64,000 nucleotides of DNA, taken from the NCBI GenBank assembly GCA_036339465.1, contig JAYZAY010000078.1:1-64000 (forward strand). The letters are read 5' to 3'. This DNA is from Myxococcota bacterium (GTDB taxonomy: Bacteria; Myxococcota; XYA12-FULL-58-9; JABJBS01). The first letter of the stretch is position 1. The number at the start of each line of letters is the position of its first letter. Made by a program: the position numbers and the translations under genes. This document shows positions 20,428-31,973 of this stretch, piece after piece. A model generated the notes under the pieces. It ran no database searches. It saw only the letters and a list, made by a program, of their open reading frames with translations, and was not told where the DNA came from.

Positions 20428-21362
20428 TGAAAAACCTCGTGTTGCCCGCTTGTATCTACTTTCTGGCTTCCTGTGGGCTCCCCCATGACATCGGCCAACC
20501 CGGATCTTACCTCATTGGCAACAATTCAACCGTCATCGACTCCGTCACCACCTCGATTCAACACCTCATCATTCTTCAGCACGACATCGCTCAAGCCGAA
20601 ACATTGATTTACATACTTGAAGGGGAGTTAGGAAAGCAGGATATCGGGATTGAAGACATGCGCAGACTTAGTCAAAGATTTGGTCAGTTCAGCCTAAAGT
20701 TCGAATTATCCCGCTCATTCTCTTCAGAAGTCACATTACCCCCAACCCAAAACCAACCTTTGCTTAAGCTTGCAGAAGACAATGTGGTAACACTCACCCA
20801 ACTCGACAATCAATCGATGCTTGTGGTTGGCATGAATCATTTCATCCCTTCTCTCATCCCAGGACAAGTCAATGGTTACTTTGCTAGTTTTCCTCTATTG
20901 CGACAAGACGTGGTCGCCCAATTAATCATTGCTAACAAAACGCTTAACGTAGACATACAAATTCACACGCGAGAAATCGCAGCCACACCGAAAGGGGAAG
21001 TTCTAGAGATTACTGGACCGGTAAACGACAAAGTAGATTATCTACAAATCCGTATTCTACAGGAACAGATATTCTCCGATGAGAATATTCCCGTAGATAC
21101 TTTAATCTCCGGATTAATGAGCAACGCCGCCGCCCTATCCATTCACCAAAATCTTCTTTATGACGCGACACCTAAAGCTTGTTGGCGATCCCATAAGGAG
21201 CTTTTTATTGAAAGCATCTCGGTGCGAAGAAAATATCAGGAAACCGACCCGACAGCATCGGTCATTATAAACAAATCGGTCAATAGAGAAAAACTTGACT
21301 CGGAAAACTGGTTTCCCACAGAAGCAGTCGAATATCCAATATACTGCAGTGACTACAAATAG
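20427..21362 (+). CDS. Hypothetical lipoprotein
   Basis: Lipobox LASC; TAATG coupling to the upstream gene. Confidence 0.8.
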   Translation: MKNLVLPACIYFLASCGLPHDIGQPGSYLIGNNSTVIDSVTTSIQHLIILQHDIAQAETLIYILEGELGKQDIGIEDMRRLSQRFGQFSLKFELSRSFSSEVTLPPTQNQPLLKLAEDNVVTLTQLDNQSMLVVGMNHFIPSLIPGQVNGYFASFPLLRQDVVAQLIIANKTLNVDIQIHTREIAATPKGEVLEITGPVNDKVDYLQIRILQEQIFSDENIPVDTLISGLMSNAAALSIHQNLLYDATPKACWRSHKELFIESISVRRKYQETDPTASVIINKSVNREKLDSENWFPTEAVEYPIYCSDYK

Positions 21363-21372
21363 AACTCGCTGA

Positions 21373-21573
21373 CTAACTGGCTAATTCAACCCTTCCAGAA
21401 TTAAAAATCGACTGCAATCGGTCAAGCTCATTCTCAGTCCGACGTAACTCACGCAAATTATCAACACTCGTTTCTACATCACAACGCTGCTTGGCACAAA
21501 GATAATCTCGCTGCACTTTATCCAAACGCTGACGCCATCTATTTCTCTCTTCTGGGTTCAAAGTATCCTCCAT
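21373..21573 (-). CDS. Small coiled-coil hypothetical protein
   Basis: 66 aa, charged helical composition, purine-rich sequence before the ATG. Confidence 0.55.
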   Translation of the reverse strand: MEDTLNPEERNRWRQRLDKVQRDYLCAKQRCDVETSVDNLRELRRTENELDRLQSIFNSGRVELAS

Positions 21574-21887
21574 GGACTCTCATCTTCAACAAGATGACGT
21601 GCTCAGTGCAAATGCCATTCAAACAACGAAGCCAATTCAACAGTTTTCTCGGTAAAGACAATCGCCACCCAAGTCCAACATACAATAGCTCAAAATCATA
21701 GTAACTCTAAGCTCTAAGAAAGCAACTTTTGATTTGTGCACTCTTTGCGGCGTCGGGGAAAACCCATCTATCTGGTCTGGAAATGCCTGACACTGGCGTT
21801 TTGTTGAGTCAATGATGCCACAAAAAGGTTCATACCTGAAAGCCTGGAAGTAGAAGTAATCGCTTTCCACACCACACCAAAGGTGAA

Positions 21888-22085
21888 TTAAACCATCGTT
21901 TGGTTACTCTCAAAATCGAATATTCCCCTAATCAACAACTTCTCAATAAGCCCATCGGTCAAAATACACCAAAGATGCTTAGGCACTTTAAAATACTCCG
22001 GTGATTCTCGAATAACAGCCCAGACCGTGATCTGTTTTTCGGTAGCATAATCATATGCACTTTCGATAGCTCGAATCATTTTCAA
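21888..22085 (-). CDS. Small hypothetical protein
   Basis: 65-aa ORF with plausible composition; no recognisable motif. Confidence 0.3.
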   Translation of the reverse strand: MKMIRAIESAYDYATEKQITVWAVIRESPEYFKVPKHLWCILTDGLIEKLLIRGIFDFESNQTMV

Positions 22086-22169
22086 ATGGTATTTGCAAAA
22101 TAACGTCCACTTATTCTCGGCATCATGCTATCGAAATCCCCTAAGAAAACAATAAAGAATGAGCAGAGC

Positions 22170-22387
22170 GCACTGCACAAAAATGGCATTATTTGTGCTC
22201 TATTTCGCGCCTAACTCCGGTGGGAGACCACCGGGGCTCATAGATTAGGAATCAGACCGGTAACAGCAAAACACCGATGTGCATGATTCCAGTGGGAGAT
22301 TGGTTCGCGGCAGTATTTTCAGTGCCCGTAGATTTTGCCTTCATAGGATACTCAGTGGCACCCGGATTTGAATTCGGAGGTTTCTAG
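22170..22387 (+). pseudogene. Cupin_5 (DUF985-like) remnant
   Basis: One frame reads KWHYL..LTPVG..*..PMCMIPVGDWFAA..FIGYSVAPGFEFGGF*, matching the WH..VP.G.WF..VAPGF.F pattern. Internal TAG at 22241. Confidence 0.7.
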
Positions 22388-22408
22388 TTGAGGGCCCAGG
22401 AAAACGGA

Positions 22409-23398
22409 TTATCCGGTAGCCTCAACATCAAAAGTTAATTCGCTGCTTGACGCGTCCGTAGGAGCACCTTCCGCTCTCTGCATTGCCAAATCACCGATAT
22501 GATGGATACCTCGCTCCCTAGCCAATACCATTTGTTTCTGCCTTTCGGCTGCCCGTGCTCGCGTATCATTGGAGAGCGTATCGATACAGTAAGGACAACT
22601 TACTCCCGGCTGATATGCTTCCGATGTCATGTCATCATGAGAAACAGGGTGCCTACAAGCATGGCATTGGTCATAGGAGCCAATATGCAAATCATGATCT
22701 ACCGCCACTCGATTATCGAAAACAAAACACTCACCTTCCCACAAGCTGTCTTCTTTTGACACTTGCTCAAGATATTTGAGAATACCGCCTTCGAGATGAT
22801 AGACTTCCTCAAAGCCTTCTTGCTTCAAATACGAAGTCGATTTTTCACACCGAATCCCCCCAGTACAAAACATGGCTACTTTCTTATGTTTCTTAGGATC
22901 CAGTTCTCTTTGCACATAGTCAGGAAAATCACGAAAGCTCACGGTCTTGGGATTCTTAGCGCCTTTAAAGGTACCAATAGCCACCTCATAATCATTACGG
23001 GTATCAACCAAAACCACTTCTGGGTCCAAAATCAATTGATTCCAATCCTCTGGTTTAACATAGGTTCCAACAACACGCTTGGGATTGATACTTTCCACGC
23101 CCATTGTCACAATCTCTTTTTTCAACTTAACTTTCGTACGATAAAACGGAAGCTCATCACAAAATGATTCCTTGGTAACAATATCAGTCAGACGTGGATC
23201 ACTGCCGAGAAAATCCATGAGGCTGGCGATGCCTTCCCGGGTCCCCGCTACCGTCCCATTCATTCCTTCTGATGCCAGGAGAAGCGTGCCCTTAACACCA
23301 TTGTTCATCATACAATCTAGTAGGGGTTCACGTAACATCTCAAAATTATCGAGCGACACAAATTTATACAGTGCCAAAACCATAATCGGTTGGTCCAT
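22409..23398 (-). CDS. trhO: tRNA uridine(34) hydroxylase TrhO (YceA, rhodanese-related)
   Basis: [23 protein letters not shown] and [10 protein letters not shown] motifs. Confidence 0.95.
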   Translation of the reverse strand: MDQPIMVLALYKFVSLDNFEMLREPLLDCMMNNGVKGTLLLASEGMNGTVAGTREGIASLMDFLGSDPRLTDIVTKESFCDELPFYRTKVKLKKEIVTMGVESINPKRVVGTYVKPEDWNQLILDPEVVLVDTRNDYEVAIGTFKGAKNPKTVSFRDFPDYVQRELDPKKHKKVAMFCTGGIRCEKSTSYLKQEGFEEVYHLEGGILKYLEQVSKEDSLWEGECFVFDNRVAVDHDLHIGSYDQCHACRHPVSHDDMTSEAYQPGVSCPYCIDTLSNDTRARAAERQKQMVLARERGIHHIGDLAMQRAEGAPTDASSSELTFDVEATG

Positions 23399-23503
23399 AT
23401 CATAACTCCTAATCAATAGCGCAAAAGGGGCCCACTATCCGATCCCCTCACAACCTGTCTAGCTCAAAACCAATAACCCTTAATTTATTCAGTATCTAGA
23501 ACG

Positions 23504-25090
23504 CTATTTTCCCGGCGGGAGCAAAAAATCCGATGGTACAGCGCCTTTCATGACCTCGATACCTTCAGAACTAAGAGCCACCAATGGTTTCTCATGGCCA
23601 TGGAAAGAAATCCAACCTCGCGCAATACATCTCCTTAAGAGGCCACGAATCCATCGCTCAGAGTGATCTGCGAGACACCCAAACGTCGAGGTATTCTCCA
23701 AACCAGCACTGCGAATTCGAACCGTTGCTTTTCCATTCAACAGATCTTTAGCGACACCTAAACCAAAATACCCGTGAATTCTCGCCACTGCACTTAATGC
23801 CTTTTGTACCCGAATTCTAAGTTCACCCTCAGATACACACAGAGGGTGATTTAGCCCTTCGCACCGGTCACATCGACCACAACCCTCTGATTTCTTCCCC
23901 TCATCATCAAAATAAGAGAGGAGTCCTTCATGACGACAACCAGATTGGTCCAGCCACCTGAAAAGCTCTAAAAACTGTCCCCATTTTTGTCGGTGGTGGT
24001 TTCGGCTTATGCCCTGTTCTATGCACTCCCGCTCGATTCGCATACTTTGTCGACTCATGTCAGCGGTCGTCACAAACATGGCCGCTTGAGCCGGCTTACC
24101 ATCACGCCCAGCCCTACCTATCTCTTGGTAATACGCCTCCAATGATGGAGGTGGCCCAATATGAACAACCAGTCTGACATCCGGGCGATCAATCCCCATC
24201 CCAAAAGCCGACGTCGCTACAACCACCGAAGTACTTCCTTTTCTGAAGTTCTGCGATAGCTCCTCACGCGCGGATGGAGAAAGTCCTGCATGGTAGGCAT
24301 GCGCTTGAATTCCCTCTTCCCTGAGGCAATCAATCCAATCCTCACAGCCCTTACGGGTGCGCACATAAAGGATAGATGCTCCACTCATAACACCGGGGCG
24401 CTTCTCAATACGCTTTAAAAGCAAACGCACAAGGCGACGTTGTTCTTTTGAGTTTTTCTCTTCGTAGATATTAATTCCTAAATTCGGTCGAGAAAATCCT
24501 CGAATCACCAATGGTGTATCCGCAGAAAGCCCGAGACGCCCAACAATATCCTTTCGAACCTGCGCGGTCGCCGTTGCGGTGCAAGCAAGGATATAGTGAG
24601 GGTTCAACTCCTCAATAACCTCAGCCAATCGTAGATACTCTGGGCGAAAATCATGCCCCCACTGACTGATACAATGTGCCTCATCAATGGCAATCATCGA
24701 TACCTGCTGCCCCCGTAACCACGCCCGAAAACTCCTCTTCGTTAGTCGTTCTGGCGCAACATAAACAAGACGGTAAGAACCCGCCTCGATCTTTGCTTTC
24801 CGGTAATTATATTCAATTTCAGATAAACTAGAGGCCAAATACGTGGCCTCAACTCCCAGAGACTTTAAGGATTCAACTTGATCATGCATTAGAGCAATCA
24901 AAGGCGAAACAATAATCGTCATTCCTTCGAGCTCCGATGCCGGGAGCTGGTAAACGAGACTCTTTCCCGAGCCAGTAGGGGCAACAAAGAGTAATTTTCG
25001 ACTTTCCACCAGCGCTTCGAATGCTTCTCGCTGCTCGGAACGGAAGTCATCATAGCCAAATCGTTCAAGAGCCTTGCCCAGTAAAGGCAT
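23504..25090 (-). CDS. recQ: RecQ-family DNA helicase with RQC domain, no HRDC
   Basis: PTGSGKS, DEAHCISQWGHDFRP, AFGMGIDRPDVR, QEIGRAGRDG and the Zn-binding CGRCDRC. Confidence 0.93.
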   Translation of the reverse strand: MPLLGKALERFGYDDFRSEQREAFEALVESRKLLFVAPTGSGKSLVYQLPASELEGMTIIVSPLIALMHDQVESLKSLGVEATYLASSLSEIEYNYRKAKIEAGSYRLVYVAPERLTKRSFRAWLRGQQVSMIAIDEAHCISQWGHDFRPEYLRLAEVIEELNPHYILACTATATAQVRKDIVGRLGLSADTPLVIRGFSRPNLGINIYEEKNSKEQRRLVRLLLKRIEKRPGVMSGASILYVRTRKGCEDWIDCLREEGIQAHAYHAGLSPSAREELSQNFRKGSTSVVVATSAFGMGIDRPDVRLVVHIGPPPSLEAYYQEIGRAGRDGKPAQAAMFVTTADMSRQSMRIERECIEQGISRNHHRQKWGQFLELFRWLDQSGCRHEGLLSYFDDEGKKSEGCGRCDRCEGLNHPLCVSEGELRIRVQKALSAVARIHGYFGLGVAKDLLNGKATVRIRSAGLENTSTFGCLADHSERWIRGLLRRCIARGWISFHGHEKPLVALSSEGIEVMKGAVPSDFLLPPGK

Positions 25091-25610
25091 CGTCAGAGAG
25101 CCTTTATCTTCCTCGGTTTGAACCGCTGCGTGTGAATAAGAGAAGGCAGACACGAGTCATGACTATCGGCTTGAGAATCACTGAGCAAATCATTTAGCAC
25201 CCAATGCCTCCTAAAAACACAGAGGACGTACTTGAACGTACATAGGTAAATACCTCAAGAGAATCGGTCGCCGGAATAATCTAGTTGAACTGACAACTTT
25301 CACCCACTTCGAGATTATCAAAGCGGTGGTATTTGGTGTAAAAGCCGGTCCTAAGAAGCAACCATCGATACCCGCAAACTCCGCAAAAAAATGGACCTCA
25401 TTAAGCTTCATAACCATCGGAAAGAGCCAATAAAATCATGGGATGAATACCAGATCTCAACGAAGTGGTTGCAAATTGCGTCTCACCATTCTTATGAGAG
25501 GCCCAAGTGAGTTTGATGCCACCATGCTCACCGTTGTTATCGTTGATTCTAGCCCCCAAAAAAATAAATCCTTCACCCTTCGCATAACTTCTCCGACCAT
25601 TTTTCTTAGC

Positions 25611-26486
25611 CTAAACCAACACCGACTGTGAAGCTCCCCGGCGTCCATAAGCAACCAACAATGCCCCTGTAAAATAGACAACAAGGCTATAAACCACAGG
25701 CACCACAATATAATCAGCTCCGAGAAATTTCATCGCCAGCCCAACCGCCAATGTGCAGTTTTGAATCCCTACTTCCAAAGCAATGGTCGCAACCTGCGTA
25801 TGCGGCAATTGAACGAAACGAGCCAAACCGAAACCCAAAGCAATAGCGGAAAGATTTAAGAAGATAACAGGCAAGCCCACGAGAGATACCATACTTATGA
25901 CCGTCGATGAATCCTTGACCACCGCCCCCACGACAATCATCAAGAGCATCACCACAGCCACAGTCTTCACGACCTTTTCCAAGAAATGCGCAATCTTGGA
26001 TAGATAGGCCCTCAAGACCATTCCAATCGCAATCGGTAAGCCCATGAGAATCACAATATCCTTGAGCAAAGCGCGAACGGGTAGCCCATGAACCCCTTGC
26101 TCTCCACCGACAAATACAACCATAGCCAAAAACAGCCACCATGGAATCGAAAGAAAGGTCACGATCCCACTTGTTGCAGTCAAAGCCACCGATAAGGCCG
26201 TATCACCTCTAGCTAGACTTGTGTAAAGGTTGGAATGAGCTCCACCGGGGCAAGCAGTCACTAGAATCAATCCCACCGCTGCATATGGCTCCAATTGAAA
26301 AATAAGCGCTGTCAAGAATCCTAATAGTGGCAAACCCACCAACTGACATCCCAAACCAATTCCAGCCGCCTTTGGTTTTTCATAGAGCCGTTTAAAATCG
26401 GTTTTTGTTAACCCCAAACCCATGGCCAGCATGATTGAACCAACGAAGAAGGAAAGGAACGCATTGACACTGTCCTGATTTTCCAT
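25611..26486 (-). CDS. Bile acid:sodium symporter family transporter
   Basis: MGLGLT..DF, CPGGAHSN and EVGIQN motifs. Confidence 0.93.
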   Translation of the reverse strand: MENQDSVNAFLSFFVGSIMLAMGLGLTKTDFKRLYEKPKAAGIGLGCQLVGLPLLGFLTALIFQLEPYAAVGLILVTACPGGAHSNLYTSLARGDTALSVALTATSGIVTFLSIPWWLFLAMVVFVGGEQGVHGLPVRALLKDIVILMGLPIAIGMVLRAYLSKIAHFLEKVVKTVAVVMLLMIVVGAVVKDSSTVISMVSLVGLPVIFLNLSAIALGFGLARFVQLPHTQVATIALEVGIQNCTLAVGLAMKFLGADYIVVPVVYSLVVYFTGALLVAYGRRGASQSVLV

Positions 26487-27197
26487 GAACCACCTTAACG
26501 ATAAATCAGGAAATATGGATTTCCCCCGTGGAGGTCAAACATCTCAAACATCCCCTAAGAGACCCCTGGGTTTTTCTGACTTTCCTTCACAATAACCCAC
26601 AAAAAATCGGCACAACAGACCGCGGATCAGAAATGGTCTCACTTTGCATATCCAAGTAACTCGGCTCAAAATGAATGACCACTCAGCTTGTTGGGAATGG
26701 GCCTCTAAGCAAGGAAAGCTCAAGAGTCGAAATAGAACACGCAGCCATGATAATGACCCGGGAAATTATCTTTGTTTCGCCACAGGAGAGCACAAGCACA
26801 TCGGGTAAGGTCCCCATATATGCCCCTCCTGGTGAGCTCGTTTGCACCGGGAAAAGCGTCTGACGCTCAAATAAAGCATTTCTTTTCCTACCAGTGAAAA
26901 CCAGCGACCAACCCTATCAAGCGAAACCTAAGCCCCCCCAAAAAAAAACGGAAAAATTCACCGACGAAACATACCCCCCCGGTCATGAGATAACACGTCG
27001 AGTCAGCCATTATCTTTTCTATGGCCTCCATTTTTTATCCTTCTTCCGCCACCATTTGGAAAAAAGACCGAAAATTACATGATTTTCCTTTCAAACACAC
27101 ACTCTCGTAAGGATAAACCCTGTGGGCTACATGTAGGTACATTTGGTACACTATGTGCATGGATTTAGGAAACCCAACCCTTGAGTAGAGCGCAACC

Positions 27198-27755
27198 ATG
27201 GTCAGACCCAAACCAGCCACATTTGGAATTATTCTTGGAACTCTCTTGTTCTCAACCACTGCAGAGAGCGCCCCGGAAAATCCAACCCAAACCAATTTTC
27301 GACCTGAACTGACTTTCAATGTCGATGGATTGCCCGAAATAAGCGCAGCCGCTACTCAGAAAACAGTGACTGAACCCTCGCCGTGGAAACGCCCAATAGC
27401 CAAGTTACCGCGCACCAAAAACCAAGTTAAAATGACAGTTCAACAATTCAAAACAGGCCTCTCTTCATGCTTTGTGATTCGAAAGCATGAAAAAGTGAAA
27501 GACAAAATCGAAAGAAAAATCATGGCAAAATTCACCATCAATCCCGATGGAACCGTTCAAGCCATACATTTACGCAGTAAATCAAAGGATATGAGACTGC
27601 TCTATAAATGCACACGCCGACGCCTCAAAGGATGGCAATTTGGTTCGGCTAGAGAAAAAGTGCGGATCATACTCCCCATTCACTATCGCTACGAAAACGA
27701 AACGACCGATAGCCTCCCGCTCCATGCCGCCCTTGTTCAGATTCAAACAAAATAA
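27198..27755 (+). CDS. AgmX/PglI-type TonB C-terminal-like domain protein
   Basis: Signal peptide; CF..KFTINPDGTV..C..LKGWQF..P pattern. Confidence 0.7.
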   Translation: MVRPKPATFGIILGTLLFSTTAESAPENPTQTNFRPELTFNVDGLPEISAAATQKTVTEPSPWKRPIAKLPRTKNQVKMTVQQFKTGLSSCFVIRKHEKVKDKIERKIMAKFTINPDGTVQAIHLRSKSKDMRLLYKCTRRRLKGWQFGSAREKVRIILPIHYRYENETTDSLPLHAALVQIQTK

Positions 27756-27949
27756 AAGAAATCGCTTCTACTCTCCTCCAAACAAGAGTTTACAATCCTC
27801 TAAAACCTCCGCAGAATGTCTACCGGGACGAATCAACAAAGGTTCAACGCGCTGATGCTTCCTGTGAAATCAAGGACAAAAGATTGAATATCCAGACAAA
27901 CAATACCTGAATTACTTGAGACCGTTTGTTCTGCAAACAAAGCGGAGAA

Positions 27950-28320
27950 ATGTGGGACCAAATCATCGAAGTCAATCTCACCGCGGCATTTCAAATGCCT
28001 CAGGGCGCCACAAAGATCATGGTACCCAAAAAACTCTGGGGCATCCCAAACGCAACATAGGTGGTTGCTCGCTGAGCTAATGTGGGCCGAACAAATGAGG
28101 CTGCGATAAGGTGGGTATGCTCACTCACCAAAACCCCGACCAAAGAACCCGGCCAAAAGGTATCCGAGTCAATCCGACCGCCCCCGGTTTCACATACAGG
28201 GAAATGGTCGGCAGGATCCCACAAGACCTCTCTTGCCCCTACGGCCAATCCCCGAAATTGCAAATACCAACGGCTTCTTGGGATCGACAAAAGCACCATC
28301 CATCACCACAGCGCTATTGA
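27950..28320 (+). pseudogene. FabG-like SDR remnant
   Basis: WDQIIEVNLTAAF..NAT*VVAR*ANVGRTNEAA..LTKT, then GIRVNPTAPGFTYREM in a shifted frame. Confidence 0.75.
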
Positions 28321-28407
28321 ATGCCCATGACAGGTTGATTCTAGCTAATTGCAATTAGGCAACTACCTGTGATTCACTCTTAAAATAAGTGAGTTTAAAG
28401 TAATAAT

Positions 28408-29886
28408 ATGGTGAAAGCCTCCCCAAATACGCCAAAATGGCGGCGACTACTTTGGCCATTGATTGTTTTGGCTGTGTTTTTGACCCCAACTCTTTATTGG
28501 GACTCAATCCTCACGGAAGTAGGAACGGAGGTCATTACCCAAACCATTCAAATCATCCGATACTCATTCGCTACGCTCGCCTGGCTCAGTATCGCTTGGC
28601 TGGTCATTCGACTTTTGGATGTATTCTTTTGGGAGATGCTCGTTGCCCCCTCACTCGGCGGCAAAGTTCCCCGACTTCTCAAAGACGTGCTGGCCGCAAT
28701 CGTTTTCCTCCTCGCGATTACAGGAATCGTGGGAGGCGTCTTTGAGCTTCCCGTTACTGGCCTCTGGGCGACCTCGGGAGTCGTCGGTTTAGTGGTTGGC
28801 CTCGCTCTCCAAAGCATGATCTCCGACGTTTTTTCAGGAATCGCCATCAACATAGACCGTCCCTATATTATCGGTGACTGGATCCAAGTCCATGTTCGCG
28901 GTATCGATCTCATGATTGGGTGTGTGGAAGAAGTGAATTGGCGCTCCACAAAAATACTAACCAAAGACAATGTCATGCACATGGTACCGAATCATCTTAT
29001 CAACCAAATCGTGGTCACCAATCTATCTCGCCCTCAACTCAACAGTCGCTTTGAACTCCTCTTCTGCATCGATTTCTCCGTCTCATCGGAGCGGGCCCTC
29101 CGAATATTGAATGCAGGTGTACTGGCGTGTGACGGTATTCTCAAAGAACCCGCCCCAAAAGCCAGAGTCAACCAAATTACCTCACGCGGGGTTGAATATT
29201 ACGTTCGCTACTGGCTAAATCCAAAACAATTCAGTCCCAGTAAAGGACGTCATGCGGTATGCAGCAGTATCTTGAACCACCTCCACCAAGCTGGAGTCAC
29301 ACTGGCCTACCATAAACAAGATGTTTTCATCGCCAACATGCCCAATCGACAACTCGACATTGAAATTGACCGAATTCAGCTCCTTAGACGTGTCGACTTG
29401 GCAAAGCACCTCACCGAAGACGAACTCGCTACCCTCAGCCAAAACATGAAAAGGCACGACCTCGACAAAGGTTCGGTCATCGTGAACGAAGGAGAGCAAG
29501 GGGACTCCATGTACCTTCTTGTGGAAGGGCTCCTGTCTGTTTATCGAGCTGTAGGCGAAGGTGATGGATACCACACTACCCGTGTCGGGAAATTGGGCCC
29601 CGGTCAGTACTTTGGTGAAATGTCTTTACTCACGGGAGAACCCCGAAGTGCAACTGTTCAGTGCATCACCTCCTCGGTTGTGTATGAAATATCACATGGG
29701 GGACTCAAAAAGATATTAGGCTCCAGACCCGAACTCGCCGAAGCCATTGCCCTAACCGTGGCTAAGCGCCGAGTGGACCTGGCTCAAGCAGAAAAAAATG
29801 CCAACCACCAAAACGTTGACGGTCATTCAGACTCTTCGGTGACCAATGACCTACTCAACCGGATCCGTTCATTCTTCTTTGGATGA
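28408..29886 (+). CDS. MscS-family mechanosensitive channel with C-terminal cNMP-binding domain
   Basis: GLALQ..SDVFSGI, GDWI, NWRST and FGEMSLLTGEPRSATV motifs. Confidence 0.93.
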   Translation: MVKASPNTPKWRRLLWPLIVLAVFLTPTLYWDSILTEVGTEVITQTIQIIRYSFATLAWLSIAWLVIRLLDVFFWEMLVAPSLGGKVPRLLKDVLAAIVFLLAITGIVGGVFELPVTGLWATSGVVGLVVGLALQSMISDVFSGIAINIDRPYIIGDWIQVHVRGIDLMIGCVEEVNWRSTKILTKDNVMHMVPNHLINQIVVTNLSRPQLNSRFELLFCIDFSVSSERALRILNAGVLACDGILKEPAPKARVNQITSRGVEYYVRYWLNPKQFSPSKGRHAVCSSILNHLHQAGVTLAYHKQDVFIANMPNRQLDIEIDRIQLLRRVDLAKHLTEDELATLSQNMKRHDLDKGSVIVNEGEQGDSMYLLVEGLLSVYRAVGEGDGYHTTRVGKLGPGQYFGEMSLLTGEPRSATVQCITSSVVYEISHGGLKKILGSRPELAEAIALTVAKRRVDLAQAEKNANHQNVDGHSDSSVTNDLLNRIRSFFFG

Positions 29887-29890
29887 TTTT

Positions 29891-31039
29891 ATGCACAAAC
29901 AAACGCGACAACTCATTTTATTGGCAACTCTCGCCCATGGCATCCTAAGCTGTAAGACTCACCCTCCAAGAAAGACCACGATCCAGAAAACTCAGCAGGC
30001 CAATTCGGTGAGTATTGTCAGCTACCAAAAAGTTTCATGCTTTTCAGAATCATATCAAAAAGAGACAGGGTTAACCTGCGAACCTTCGGCCATCCTCGCT
30101 AGCCATCATCACCTCATCATAGCGACGGACAAAACCGACCCCACCGCCCAAATAAGCCCTCTATTCAAAATCAATGGAGGACAGAAACAGGACCTAAATA
30201 ACCCCTCGATTTTGAGGTCCAAAAAATTTGAGAGTCTAACCATGCTCCCAAATACCGGTTTGGTCGTCGCCTGTACTGGATTCACGAGATACCAAGAATC
30301 AGATCCAAAATACGACCCCTACAATACCTGTCTCTACTGGGATCCAAATAAAGAAAGCTCAGTTAGAATCCTCGCGGAAACAACACGCAAAGACATAAAA
30401 AGCTCCCTTTCCCTTCGCACCAAGATACAAGAGACCCTACGCTCCATCCATAATAACAAGCTTCCCGCTTTTTTTAAGGTTGAAGGTCTGGCCGCAATTC
30501 CAGGGAATCGAATCATCTTTGGAATCAGGGAAATCGGCGAATCCTATAAAAATCCAGACTTTGTAGTCGCCATGGTTGAAACAACCTATTCCATCACAGA
30601 CAACGGCGTTCTCTCCCTCGGAGATTCCATGCGATTACTCTACAACGTAAATCTGGATGCTCCGATCAAACCCGTCGGCCTTTCCAGTATAGAATACGAC
30701 CCTATCGATGACCAACTTCTCATGCTGACAAGTTTCGAATTAGGTGACAGAGCAGAAGACCGAGGTGCATTTATATGGACTCTACCCATGGACGCCCTTG
30801 AAAAGGGTCTGCCGCCAACACCAGTCAATGGCCCCAACGGAAAAATTCTCCGCCTCGCCAATAAAGCGGAAGGCCTGACCACGACTTCTCAAAATGAGCT
30901 CATCATTATTTTCGATGACGACCGCATAACCGACGCAAACAGTCCATCTCAACAAGGCTTTCACCCCAGGGCATTGCATGAAGCTTGGCTCGTTAAACTT
31001 AAGTGGATAAATGCCAAAAACACAAAGCCCACCCAATAA
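29891..31039 (+). CDS. Hypothetical lipoprotein, probable beta-propeller
   Basis: Lipobox ILSC; repeated EPSA/KFESL/KVEGL/GLSS/KAEGL blade-like motifs. Confidence 0.75.
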   Translation: MHKQTRQLILLATLAHGILSCKTHPPRKTTIQKTQQANSVSIVSYQKVSCFSESYQKETGLTCEPSAILASHHHLIIATDKTDPTAQISPLFKINGGQKQDLNNPSILRSKKFESLTMLPNTGLVVACTGFTRYQESDPKYDPYNTCLYWDPNKESSVRILAETTRKDIKSSLSLRTKIQETLRSIHNNKLPAFFKVEGLAAIPGNRIIFGIREIGESYKNPDFVVAMVETTYSITDNGVLSLGDSMRLLYNVNLDAPIKPVGLSSIEYDPIDDQLLMLTSFELGDRAEDRGAFIWTLPMDALEKGLPPTPVNGPNGKILRLANKAEGLTTTSQNELIIIFDDDRITDANSPSQQGFHPRALHEAWLVKLKWINAKNTKPTQ

Positions 31040-31135
31040 ATCTCCCAAAAACAGACAAAAGCGCTCACTCAACTCCTATTGCCCTCTAGACAACCGGATT
31101 TCCAGGCCTTAAACCAAGGTCATAGGAGTTTGAAG

Positions 31136-31969
31136 ATGGGTATTACCGAATTTAATGGAACCAAGAGTTATTTAACATCCGCGGAACTCCGGGATGCCGT
31201 CAATGTCGCCATAGGCCTGGAAAAACCTCTTTTGATTAAAGGCGAACCTGGAACAGGTAAGACTCTTCTAGCTGAAGCAGTTGCAGAAGCATTGGACACG
31301 GAAATTCTAACGTGGAACGTCAAATCGACGACCAAGGCCCAGGATGGCCTTTATGTCTACGACACCGTTCAGCGCTTGAACGACTCGCGGTTCGGGGAAG
31401 GGGACGTGAGCGATATCAGACAATATATCAATTATGGCCCTCTGGGGCAAAGCTTCCAAAAAGACCGGCGGGTCGTTCTTCTGATCGATGAAATCGACAA
31501 AGCCGATATGGAGTTTCCAAATGATCTACTCCATGAAATTGACCGAATGAGTTTTATGGTCAACGAAACCGGCGACCACATCAAAGCCATTTACCGACCC
31601 ATTGTAATCATAACCTCCAATAACGAAAAAGAATTGCCCGACGCTTTCCTGAGACGTTGCGTTTTTCATTACATCTCATTTCCCGGTAAAGAACTTATGA
31701 CCAATATTGTTAGAGTTCACCAACCTGACGTCGAAGAAAGCTTACTTCAAGAATGTCTTGCAAAATTTTACTGGATTCGAGAACAAAAACAAATCCGAAA
31801 ACACCCTTCCACGAGTGAATTGGTGGACTGGATTGCCGCCCTCCGTAGGGCGGGCATAGCCGCTGACAAACTTCAAGAAAAACTTCCCTTCTTAGGCGTT
31901 CTCTTAAAGCGAGAAACCGACATCGATGCCTGGGAAAATCCACAACCTCGCAAACGCTACGCATGGTAA
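31136..31969 (+). CDS. MoxR-family AAA+ ATPase
   Basis: GEPGTGKT, LIDEIDKAD and ELPDAFLRRC motifs. Confidence 0.95.
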   Translation: MGITEFNGTKSYLTSAELRDAVNVAIGLEKPLLIKGEPGTGKTLLAEAVAEALDTEILTWNVKSTTKAQDGLYVYDTVQRLNDSRFGEGDVSDIRQYINYGPLGQSFQKDRRVVLLIDEIDKADMEFPNDLLHEIDRMSFMVNETGDHIKAIYRPIVIITSNNEKELPDAFLRRCVFHYISFPGKELMTNIVRVHQPDVEESLLQECLAKFYWIREQKQIRKHPSTSELVDWIAALRRAGIAADKLQEKLPFLGVLLKRETDIDAWENPQPRKRYAW

Positions 31970-31973
31970 ATCG

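Noticed and set aside
22354..22380. Minus-strand TTCAAATCCGGGTGCCAC resembling a tRNA T-arm and 3' end
   Set aside because: No D-arm or anticodon arm; it is the antisense of the VAPGFEF codons.
22184..22390. Apparent sigma54 promoter (TGGCAT..TGC with GG-N10-GC) followed by a CCGGTGG-GAGA-CCACCGG hairpin, suggesting an sRNA
   Set aside because: The same bases translate in one frame to a cupin_5 remnant (WHY..IPVGDWF..VAPGFEF), which explains the region more simply.
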